The notes under the pieces were generated by a model. It was not told where the DNA came from, did not search any database, and saw only the letters and a program-made list of their open reading frames with translations. A stretch of DNA of 63,304 nucleotides, filler included, from Craspedostauros australis (taxonomy: Eukaryota), in NCBI GenBank assembly GCA_030167865.1. It is 8 parts of 8 records of this genome, joined end to end, with 100 filler letters (N's around TTAATTAATTAA, not from the genome) between each part and the next. Parts side by side here need not be neighbours in the genome. Positions count along the whole stretch, not along the records: positions 3,624 to 34,226 come from JALAGF010000913.1; 7 more parts are not named here. The stretch is one strand, 5' to 3'. Position numbers and translations under genes: made by a program. Position 1 is the first letter of the stretch, and the number at the start of each line of letters is the position of its first letter. This document shows, piece after piece, positions 11,389 to 21,767 of this stretch.

Positions 11389-13024
11389 TGTTATCGTCAT
11401 TAGCAGCATTATCGTCGTCTTCGTCGCTGTCAGTGTCAGTGTCACCGAACAGATCATCTGTATCATATTCTACAACCTCCTCCCCCTCGGCCTCCACTCT
11501 GCCTGGCGTTTTCCCATTCTGCTCCAGCTGTTCGCGCTCGCACTTACTACACGTGCACTGAAAGCCATAGTTGTCCAATGCCGCATGCCGCTGCTCGTAG
11601 TCATCGTCCGAAATGATGTACGAGATGGCCAATTCTTCACCTGCCTGGATATCGCGCAACGCCACGCAATACGCCACCAACGGATGGTCCTGACCCCATC
11701 CACGCGTCTTGTAGAGCAAGATGACATTAGGTTCGCAGGAATGATTCATCTTGCATGCCGTAGCGAAGAGAGCGGTGCCATCCAACGGTGTGAACAGCTC
11801 GTCCCATTCATCGTCCGCTCCGACCTTGACGGGCGGTGGGAGATCGGCCAGGAATTCTGCGATTTCGTCCACCGTATAATCCCACTCCTCGTTGTCGTTG
11901 AGTAGTCTATTTTCCAATGCAGTTGGTGTTGGTGTTGGTGTTGGTGTTGTGGCTGCGTTAGCATTTGTATCTGGTCCATCCGTTGCAATTTTGTCGTCGG
12001 ACTTTGTCGTTGCTTCATCTGCACTTTGCACCTTCGTTGCTTCCTGGTCGCTCTCGTCTTCGTCGTTGCCGTTGCCATCGCCATCGTCACCGCATCCACA
12101 ATCACTGTCATCGCCACCATCACCAATCATGCCTGCACGTTCCAAACACTTGATGAGATGCTTGTGATGCGTCTTGCGCAACTCGGAATCCATGAGGATG
12201 GATTGACGCATGGCGTGCTTGCGACGAATGCCCATGCAATTCTGTTCCAAACTTCCGACTAACTTAGACATGCCGAGCGGTGTGAGCCATGAATCCGAAA
12301 TGCCTTCCCACGCCTGCTGCAGAAAAGCATGCGAATCACGACATAGTTCGCGCAACGACTTGTCCAGCTCGATGGCTTCCTGATTGTCGCTATCGTCCTT
12401 GTACGGCAAACACGCAACATCCCACCACGGATTCATGCAGAAATCGATGTAAGGATGATCCATGGACGACTCCGGAAACGACAATCGATTCAATCGAATG
12501 CGCGCAATCCACACCGCGACGATGAGAAAGATTTCATTCGTCGTGATGGCATGATGCTTGAACTGCAACAGCGGATGGGCCTCGTCTGTGATGCGCCCCG
12601 TACACAACATCTCATGGCCGCCCCACATCCAATCATCGTCGCGACATGCGGCGCTGCAGTAGACTTGTCCACACGCATGCCGGCACGGCACGAAGGACTC
12701 GGCTTGGTCGCTGCCTGTGATGTTTGCCAAACAGGACGGATCGGCACCGATCTCCAACGCCATTTGTGGTGTGCCGCAGAACGCCATGCAGTAATGGCAG
12801 ACGAGAACGCCCGCGTGGATGTTGCCGGCCGACTGCATGTACACCATGGGGCGTTCGCAGAAGAGCAGTTCACCTTCGGTGAGACTTCGTGCTGCCACCA
12901 GGTGCCGTCCGCGCGTTTCGGAATCGGCGCGCCGCACCGTGGGCGGCAATGCATAGAGTTTGGTGCCCGTTGGCAGTGGCCTTGAAGGTGGTGGTAGTGG
13001 AGGTGGTGACTTGAGTTGTGGCAT
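9923..13024 (-). CDS. SMYD-type SET domain + JmjC (JMJD5/KDM8-like) fusion protein, 1033 aa
   Basis: N-SET RGRHLVAARSL; Cys-rich MYND-like insert (CHYC...YCSAAC...H..LC); MNHSCEPN; EELAISY; post-SET CTCSKC; C-terminal YLAQH, WMGTGGTRTPLHFD, PGDCLFIP..WHYV, SISVNYWF. Confidence 0.9.
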
Positions 13025-13475
13025 GCTTCCTACTATACTTGCGGGTTGCAGTTGAGCTGGTTGGAATTGTATTGTCTATGAATAATATTAGTTGCTCCTC
13101 CTATTGTGCTATGGCTTGATTTGGTTTGGTTTGGTTTGGTTTGGTGGATGGCGTTCGTAGATGGGTGGATGGAGACGAGTTGGGAAGTCGCGATCTCGGT
13201 TGACGATCTGCGGGGACACCCGGCAAAACATGACCAGAGCGGACTATTCGACTAATCGGACTAAATATTCCACGAACTCAAATTCTGTCTCACTTCACGG
13301 AACGTGATGAAAGCGACGTTCCAAACTCTTCTATCACGTTCTATCAATGCCTTTTAGTCGTATTTCGTTCTCCTACTTAACGCCGATCCGTCCAACTTCT
13401 CCGAAAATGACCTTCGCTGTTTGCACGCCGTGTCAGTCACGATGGGTCGTGTGAAACCAGTGTTGCGACTTTTTT

Positions 13476-13583
13476 TGCACGATGCGACTTATTTTTGCCT
13501 CAGCTGCACGACAAATGCACGATGCGACTTATTTTTGCATCAGCTGCACGACAAATGCACGATGCGATTTATTTTTGCCTCAG
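13476..13583. repeat. 40-bp tandem repeat, ~2.7 copies (TGCACGATGCGACTTATTTTTGCCTCAGCTGCACGACAAA)
   Basis: Units start at 13476, 13516 and 13556. Confidence 0.95.
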
Positions 13584-14216
13584 ACGTTATAATGAGGTTA
13601 TATAAAGTGTCTTGGCGGGACTCATCAATTAGATGTGAAGACAACACATCAACCTTGAGTTCGCCGGCACACGGCCGACATGCTCGCGTGTTGTGCGGAG
13701 TTGTTCCAGACGCGCACGGTGAAACTACGCACACTTTGTCATCGCGGGTGACTGCAGGACGGCCGGCGAGGTCCGTGTTGGGCTGGCCCGAGCTTGTCGA
13801 GTTGTGAGTCCAGTTGCTTGTTGCTGCTGACACCCGTTTTGCTTGGTGACAAAACTGTCGAGTGGTAACACATGAATAGGCCCTCGCTTCATCACGATAA
13901 CACGACATACGACCTGCAGAGAATGTAAAATGGGTCACGATAACACTAGTTGTGGAGTGTTACTCGTGATGAGTCGTGATAAAGTAGACTAAAATAGAGC
14001 ACACCCAAAACCATCCAAACAACTGCTTATGATGTTATATCTCAACAACACATCATTTAAAATTAAAACTAGACAGTTCATTCGGACGTTTGCCTATCGT
14101 TTATTCTGAATATCGAAGTTAAATTTGTATGAACTTTATTTTTAATGTCGTTTTGGCTTGCTGTCTGTCAGGTGGTGGGTGCGAAAAATTCTCGATGGCA
14201 CCATGCTGCCCTACCT

Positions 14217-15027
14217 TCAGCACCCATGATCATCATTATCATCCCTGGCATTTTCGCAAGCTGCGCACCACATTGGCTCCGGATACCCCCCATCTATCCA
14301 CTCCATGAAGATCCTGCGCAGATAGGCTCATCTCATACTCCAAAGTGTCCCTGCACTGAAAAGCAAAAATTTTGAAAACACAATTTTGATGCTGATGCCG
14401 TTCGGATTTGGATCCGTATCTTGTCGATACGATCGTTGCAGCTCCTCCACATGCTCCCCATGCGTTCCCACATTCTCTGGCGACACATTGATGTGTTCAG
14501 AATGGGTGGGGCGCTCATACCTCCAAAGGTACACCTCCATGTGATGATGCCACCATGGAGTTTTTGTGACACCCCAAAAAATCCCTTTTGTGTGCATCCC
14601 AGGCTGCAGCCTCTTCCAGACCTTTGTTTTTTCTGACGCTTCATGAACCGATCCCTGAGTTAATTTTGAACACATCTTGTATGGGTACCTTGGCGATTTG
14701 GGTGACTCGTGAACGCCACGCATCACCACCGAAGTCATGTGATGTGTCCGCCGCCACCCACCAAAAAACTCTTGCCCGCCACTTGTTTCTTGCGGAGGGC
14801 ACCTTCCAGGCCACCCCCGACCCTCAAACTTCGTGTGCATCTTCATCGTATCCTCTTGGATGCGTCTTGCCCATCAATAGTCGTTGGGATGGCCTGTGCA
14901 TTCCAGACAGAGACCATATCCAACAAGCAGATGTTCCTCCGAATTGTGTCATGTGCGCGTGGGCCTGCCACGGTCCCAAATCGACCACTATGGCATCCCC
15001 CTCTCGCTCATCCACCAAGCTTTCCAT
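14217..15027 (-). pseudogene. Degenerate second ORF inside the element, divergent from the transposase; unknown product
   Basis: MESLVDEREGDAIVVDLG... continues through TGAs at 14824 and 14641, a probable frameshift at the T6G4 run (~14571-14582) and a TGA at 14328, ending ...WCAACENARDDNDDHGC*. Confidence 0.35.
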
Positions 15028-15484
15028 GGCGGTTCCGCCTATGCGCTCGGATCTTGCACTGGACCGCTGGTTGTCGCAGTGCCGATGATGCCGTTCGACG
15101 GCGCTTGAGGAGTTTTGTTGTGTTTCTCCATTGTCATGTTGTTGTGTTGTGTTTGGTGTTCTCAAACAGTTTTTGCTGTTGGGGGCCATGGAGATTAGCC
15201 ACAATTCTGCCGAATGTGCCAACCAATGAGAACACTTTGCGAGTCCCGAATTGCGCCTCCATTCCACAACACCAAAACTGTCCTCACAAAGTGGACAACG
15301 GAAACACTGCGCATCTGGGACGAGCTGCTGTTGGTTCTTTGCTGCTTGTGGTTGTGGCTTGCACAACAATGTGGAATGACTGTGACCCTCCACATGGGAG
15401 AGAGTGGATGATACAATGCACCTTGTGCCCGTCCTCCAATGTTGCCCATGCCCCCTGTGACGTGCTGCGCCGTGCTGTGCGTCG

Positions 15485-18208
15485 ATGGCTGGTGATACAA
15501 TGCGCTGCGTCGCTGTCCTCGTGATTCTGGTGTGCGTCGCGACATGCCTTTCAACGCAACTGCAGCCTTCATCAACACAGTACACATCATCCTGCAATCA
15601 CTGTACTCTTCACCTTGCAAGAACGCTGCGCGCTGGTGACTGTGTGAAGGTGGCATCCCACCAGAGCTCAAGTGGCAGGGTCCATGATGTTGAGTTTGCA
15701 CTGAAGCTGACTGCCGATGGCGCTACGATCAAACGCGATGGGCCTCTTGCACCAGGAGAGGTGGAGATGGTCATGGTGACCCCAGTGATGGGGCAGAGCT
15801 GAATGTACGTTATGCGTGAGGATCTGTGCACGCCACACAGCCTCGCTACCTTTGCACGGACTTGCACTGCTGGTGGCCTTGCTAAGCCTTCCCTTCTTTC
15901 TCCCCAGCATCACTCCGTTGCTGTTACGTGTGTCAACAGCAAGGCTAAGCCCCCCACACCATCCCCAACTACCATGGAATCGCAAGAAGCCAGCATCGCC
16001 GCTTTTCTCGAGGTCTCACGTCAGCAGAAAGAAATGGCAATCGCCCGTCTCAACAAGCAGATGAAGAGAGGCGCAACAACAAAAGGATGGCTACGAAAGG
16101 ATGGAGGGCGTAGCAACACTAAGCCCACCAATAGAAAGAAACAACTTGATACGCAAGACAAGCACAACTACATTGTTCTCTACTTCAATTTGGGTGGGAT
16201 CCCAGCCAACACAAAATTGATCGCCCACGCCTGGGATATTGGTGCCACCACTGTTGCAAGCAACATCAAGAAATTCCAACAGAACAAACTGGAATGGAAG
16301 AAGCACAGTGATGCAGGCAGCACCATCTTCACCTGCCCCAAGAAGCAACAGCAATACTTCACGCCGCGTGCCATCTTCACGAAACAACTGTGGCTTAGGT
16401 ATCCAAGACAACGGTTGACGACTGAGGACATCTCTTATGCCTTTGACCATGCTTTGCCTGAAGAGCTGGCATCCGCAAAATCCCTGTCTGATTCGTGGTT
16501 GGAGCGTGGTCCTCTCCTGCAATTTGAGTTCCAGGATATGTTGCGACAATGCAATGGCGCAATGTCGTGGGGCGATGTTGCATGCGAACTAGCAGGAAGG
16601 GGCAACGTCCAATGCGTTTGCACGAACACCATTCGAACATACGTGATGGGATTGGAGGGCAGCAACTACCGTTCTACAACGATGCTCCCCAAGATCAAGG
16701 GTGTCATCAAGGTGAAGCGCGAAATCAGGGCCAAGGACTTCTGTGTGTTCTGGGAATCAGCTAAGCGGTTCCCGAATACGCAAGTTGTCCTTGTCCACAT
16801 GGATGAGAAGTGGTTCTACTCTATTGTCGCTCGGAAGAATCTCAAACATGTGCCCCAAATGGGAGCTAAGCCTGTGAAGCAGACTGTGCATCACAAGTGT
16901 CACATTGACAAGACCATGGCAATTGCATCAACAGCATTTGCTCCAACAGACAACCGCTTTGAGCAAGGAGGAAAGGCGTATCAGGTGAACTTCAAGCGTG
17001 TTGGGCGCATGGCTTGAGCGCAGAAGACCACGTACAAGCGAACTTGGGTCTCGCCAACCAAGTACAAGCACATTCATGATCCCAAGAAAATCTCTCGTGT
17101 GAAGCGTGAACTGTACTTCCAAGCACTGGAGATCACAGGCAGCAAGGAATCAGTTGGTGCGCCTGATAAGCCCAAGCCAAAGTATAGCCTCAAGAAATTC
17201 TTCCACGAAAAAGAAATCCCTGCACTGGATTCGCTCGCCAGCAAAATCAAGGCCGAAACCAACAAGAACGTGGTGATTCGGTACCAGATGGATGGCGCAG
17301 GGCCACACGGAGACACGGAACTACTCAGGTTCATCAACGAGGAGTTCGACAGTCGCGGATGGCACTTACGACTGCAACCACCAAATTCTCCCATCACGAA
17401 TGTGAAAGACGATGCAATATTCTCAGCGATGTCCAAACATGTGTCAGAATATCAAGGTGAGCACCACGGAAGCCGATTGCTTACCACCGAGGCGTTGTGG
17501 GGTGCTTGCGGAACCTGTTGGAAACAATTCAAGCTGGACAAGGTGGCTAGCGCATATGTTCGCCACCATCAGATTGCCTACGCAATTTGTGCTGCAAAAG
17601 GAGGTGACGAATTTGTGACGGAGCGCAAGGGACTGCACATGAATGTGCGGAAACAATCATTCACCGAAACTGACGAGGACGGCAACGAGATCGGCGTTAC
17701 TGTGTGTCACACAGACTTTGTGTTGGAGGAGGATGAGGCAACCCGCGCGACCACCAAGAAACCAACTGCAACAGGCAACAAAGGCAAATCAGCTGGCTTC
17801 AAATACGCCAAGCCCAACATCAAAGGTATATACGATGATGCCCTCAAGGTGATGGCTGTCAGTGGACTGCAGTGCCTGAAAATGAACCTGCCAGCAACCA
17901 GCAGCCTCATTCCGTTGCTGGATAAGCAAATCGTCGCGACCACCAAAGCCAACAAGGAGGCTGAACAACGGAAGAAAGGCAAGAAGAGAAAGAAGATGCC
18001 CAGCAAGAGCAAAGCCAACATCATTGAGCCTTGCAACAACAACAGCAAAGCCAAAGCAGCACCCACCATGAACACATTTGAAGTGGCCTGTCTGGCTGGC
18101 AAGACCAAGGCAGCACCCACCATGAACACATTCGAAGTGGCCATGTTCGTTGGCAAGACCGAGCATCACTGCAAAGCAGAGCAGGATACCAACACAGCAG
18201 AGATGTAA
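15485..18208 (+). pseudogene. Tc1/mariner-superfamily (plant-mariner-like) DDD transposase with two in-frame TGA stops
   Basis: VHMDEKWFY, YQMDGAGPH, QPPNSPITNVKD (38 residues between the 2nd and 3rd D). ORFs 15485..15802, 15803..17017 and 17099..18208 share one frame, broken only by TGA at 15800 and 17015. Confidence 0.85.
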
Positions 18209-18835
18209 CTGCAAATCGTTGTAGTAGTGATGATATGTGTGAGGTACACCTGTGATTCGAATGGTTGTGTGCGCATCGTCTGCTTGATGGCATGGAGGAT
18301 TGTGGTGTGATGTGTTGTGTTTGAGTTTTTGTGTGACGAGGACCGTTATTTTTGTGTCGTGGTTGGTGCGCATTTCCACACGATCGGTGTGTAGTGTCGC
18401 GGAGCCGTCACGTTGTGTTGTGGCACAGTCTGCGTGTGTTGCGGCGCGATTGGTGTGTGCTGCGCAGCCATCACGTTGTGTCGCGAAGCAAGGGCCACGT
18501 GCTGCGAGACGCACTCACTTCTTGTGTTGTGAGTGGTTTCGAATGACGTCGAATCCGTCATGTGACGTAGAAGATGGATCAGAGAGAGACAACACGAAAT
18601 AGCTTTAAATGTACAATCGCCGTTGCTCCCAAAGCAAGCAAACCAGTGGCAACAAGGGGCCAGAAGGGGCCAAAAACTCTACAACCAGCGTTATCGTAAC
18701 CCCATTCCGCATTTGGTGCAGGTCGTAGAAACAGAGAACAACGATAACAACTAATTTCTCCCCTGTTCTGTTCGCGCGTTCTGATTGACGAAACCGACTT
18801 CTCGTCACAATGTTTGGTCACGAGTGGTGTTCGCA

Positions 18836-18915
18836 TGCGACTTTGTTTTGCACGATGCGACTTTCTTTTGCCTCAGACGTTATATGGACGTTATTACGGT
18901 GTCTTGGCGGGACTC
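18836..18915. repeat. Direct-repeat copy of 13464-13623, without the tandem expansion
   Basis: TGCGACTTT.TTTTGCACGATGCGACTT..TTTTGCCTCAGACGTTAT...GTGTCTTGGCGGGACTC present at both sites. Confidence 0.9.
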
Positions 18916-19633
18916 GATGTGGCTGGCTGCACACGCCATATTGATAATATATTTATCCGAGATATGCCCAATGGGTTTGCTTGGGATGCACGAACCACAT
19001 TCTTGTTGTTGCCGTTATGGCGTGATGTTGAAGGTTCTCAATGATACCGAATGTCGCGGAACACAATGATGTCATGACGGATTGGTCGTATTAGTCGAAT
19101 GGCGGTATGATTGGATTTGCCGGGTGTCGCGGAAGTTGATGCATCCACATAATTCGTGACTCAAATCGATCACAACATGGGCACAATCGTTTGTTGTGTG
19201 GGTATCCTTTTGTGTTCGTGACTGATATCTACGTACAACGTACAGACTTTTTGACACCTCCGATCAAATCAACGATGTGACAAACACAAATGGGCGCTTC
19301 GCTTTCGTGAACGACAAGCAAGCGTGTGGGAAGCAGTGTTGGCGACATCGATCCTTGCTTCCTTCCTTCCTTCTTTTCTCCTTTCACAGAACTGGATACT
19401 CTCGCCCTTTCCAGAGGTTGCGGACTATTACTCGAATGACACACCATCCACGTCGCGAGTTTGTGCTCGTGACCTCCATGTTGTGAAGGAGACAAAGCCT
19501 TTCGCACCAGAGTCATCGGCCAGCGACAGGCGTCATAATTTCCGACACCGTTCCATCCAAACGGTCAACTGTGGCACACATTGACCCTGTTAGAGCAGAA
19601 ACAACGACAACTGCTCAACACCAAACGACAACC

Positions 19634-20873
19634 ATGGGCCAGTCCAACGGAGACGAGACGATGCCGCTCATGAATGGCACAGAAGATGCAGCTGCCGAAC
19701 CAGTGGGTTTGGCGTTCGTCATGCGTCGAAAGCGACGCAGATCCTTGCTCTTCGCTGCCGCTGGCATCATTGTTTTCTCCTTCATCACCATGCTGCTGTT
19801 CATCCCAAAGAAGAAAGATCACAAAGATGAACCAGCCGCAGCCGCAGCCAAGGCCACCGAAAGCGATGCGCACCCTGGCATTCTGTCAGTACCATCGTCT
19901 CCCGACATCCCATCGGGCTGCGAAACCACTGTCCTTCTGATGCGCCACTGCGACGACTACGGTCCCGGCCGATACGACGATGTGGACAACGAGCATTGCT
20001 CCTACGTAGGATTCGAGCGCTCGCGCTACATTGCCGATGAACTGTTCGGGCCCAAGCAGCGATGGCCGATCCCATCCGTCGTCTACACGTCTACGCTAGC
20101 TCGCGTCGACCATTACAACTTTCGATTTGTCGAGACGTTGGAACCGCTTGTCGACAAGTACGATCTCGATTATCACGCCTACGAGACGACGGAGCCGTTG
20201 GCGGAGGACTTCCTTGAGCGTCTGCGCAGCGGGGAGATGTGCGGCAAGGTGACTCTTGTCATTTGGAAGCATTCGTTGATGAATGAATGTAAGTGCTGCA
20301 TATGGGAGATGTCTTATTTTTGAAGCTGTTGCTATCATGTTCTATTTTGCTTTAAGTATTCCGTTCGTCTCGCAATTGCAGTCGCACGTTCTCAACCCTT
20401 CTTTCCCTCATCTTGAACGCACCCATCATCATCATACTCCTCTACTCCACTCGATTCAAATACACTCTGTTCAAACACACTCTGTTCAAACAGTGTGCAA
20501 CAGCCTTGGTGGATCTTTCTGTCCCGATGAGTATCCGAGTGAGTCATTCGATCAGGTGTGGGCGCTGAAGTACGTCTACGATCCCATCCATTCGCCGGCA
20601 ATCGGGCACTCCCGCTTGCGTCATTCCGACCAGCCTCACCCCAACCATGTTGCTAGTCATGATACGAAAGGCGAGGAATCGAAGCGGTGGTACACCTTCA
20701 CCACGGTGACGCAGCAAGGCTTTGATCCATTGGCGTACAGCGCGAAATTTGGAGATTATGGTGCCGCCAATGAGGAAGTTCCACCGCCGCCGCCTTTCGA
20801 AGAGGGACTGCATGGGATGCCTGTCGGTGGCGGGTGGGTCATGTCCGAGGAAGATGAGCATGAAGAGATTTAG
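19634..20873 (+). CDS. Membrane-anchored histidine-phosphatase-like protein, paralog 2; exons 19634-20288 and 20494-20873
   Basis: LLMRHCDD; SPDIPSGCETT and C-terminal DEHEEI shared with paralog 1; phase-1 intron GTAAGT (20289) to CAG (20493) at the same position. Confidence 0.7.
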
Positions 20874-21543
20874 AATGTGGAACATGGAAGAGTGTGTCTG
20901 ACTCGAAGCCTTCCTCCACATTATCATCATCATTATCGCCACTGTGCAGAGCACGACTACAAGCTCAATTAACCTCAAACCGTTGCCAAGCAGTACTTTT
21001 CATGCATATAGTAGAGCATTTCGCACATGTGATCCATAGAACGTTTGGCCTTGAGCGTCGTGCACCGAGCTCCACCCATACGTACATGACGTTCGTGATG
21101 TTGAACTGGACTCGACGCCGTAGTATTGACATCGATCGGTATCCTTTTCGATTCGTGTGACATCGCACGCACGCCTTCCAGACAGTCTGACACATTCGAC
21201 CATATCTTTGGATCTGGCTCATAACCAGTCATCAACACACACAAAGCGGCACATCAACGAACGTCAGCCGCCGAGATACCAAACAGAGAGCAAATTGGTC
21301 GTTGGTTGGAATCGTCGCGTTCTTTGCTCGTTGACAACAAGAAGTTGATGTGAGCCATGCAACCATCCGTCTTTGCCGCCGTTGGTGCTGCTGTTGATGT
21401 GGTGGGTGGTTCGGGAGGCAGAGAGGCAATCATGGGAACGGGATCCGACAGCCAACCACGACGGGCAACGCAGCCAACCGATCGATGGATCAAATCAGTT
21501 CTGAAGTTCGTCGCCACACCAATCGATTGTTGGGCATCAACAT

Positions 21544-21627
21544 CACGTAGTTCTCCACGTAGTTCTTCACGTAGTTCTCCACGTAGTTCTTCACGTAGTT
21601 CTCCACCTACTTCTCCACCTACTTCTC
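21544..21627. repeat. 12-bp tandem repeat (CACGTAGTTCTY x5, CACCTACTTCTC x2) upstream of trigger factor
   Basis: Read directly from the sequence. Confidence 0.9.
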
Positions 21628-21767
21628 CAGCGCGCTACAACTCTCTCCAAATACTCTCATCACTCCGCACTCCACACCACTCAACCATTCTCTGCCATTC
21701 CCTACCATACCCTACCATAGCCTACCACACTCTACCACACTTCACAAAATAGCAGACATCCACCACA

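Larger units (their letters stand above)
13215..19128. mobile_element. Composite DNA transposon region bounded by imperfect inverted repeats and containing a Tc1/mariner-IS630-type transposase
   Basis: GACACCCGGCAAA (13215) and ATTCGACTAAT (13246) recur in reverse complement at 19116-19128 and 19090-19100; ~80-bp direct repeats at 13464-13623 and 18836-18915; DDD transposase inside. Boundaries are inferred. Confidence 0.55.

Noticed and set aside
13476..13583. Possible CRISPR-like repeat-spacer array
   Set aside because: The would-be spacers are identical, so it is a plain 40-bp tandem repeat; eukaryotic context and no cas genes.
14217..14330. Fanzor/TnpB call for the second transposon ORF
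   Set aside because: Only a CxxC..RD-like tail; no recognisable RuvC-I/II motifs or paired zinc finger. Kept only as an unresolved ORF.
1351..17017. TGA readthrough or recoding (Trp/Sec) as explanation for the in-frame TGAs
   Set aside because: Intact host genes here (ankyrin, SET-JmjC, CBS, mitochondrial carrier) terminate at TGA, and the interrupted frames are TE or duplicate sequences with other lesions.
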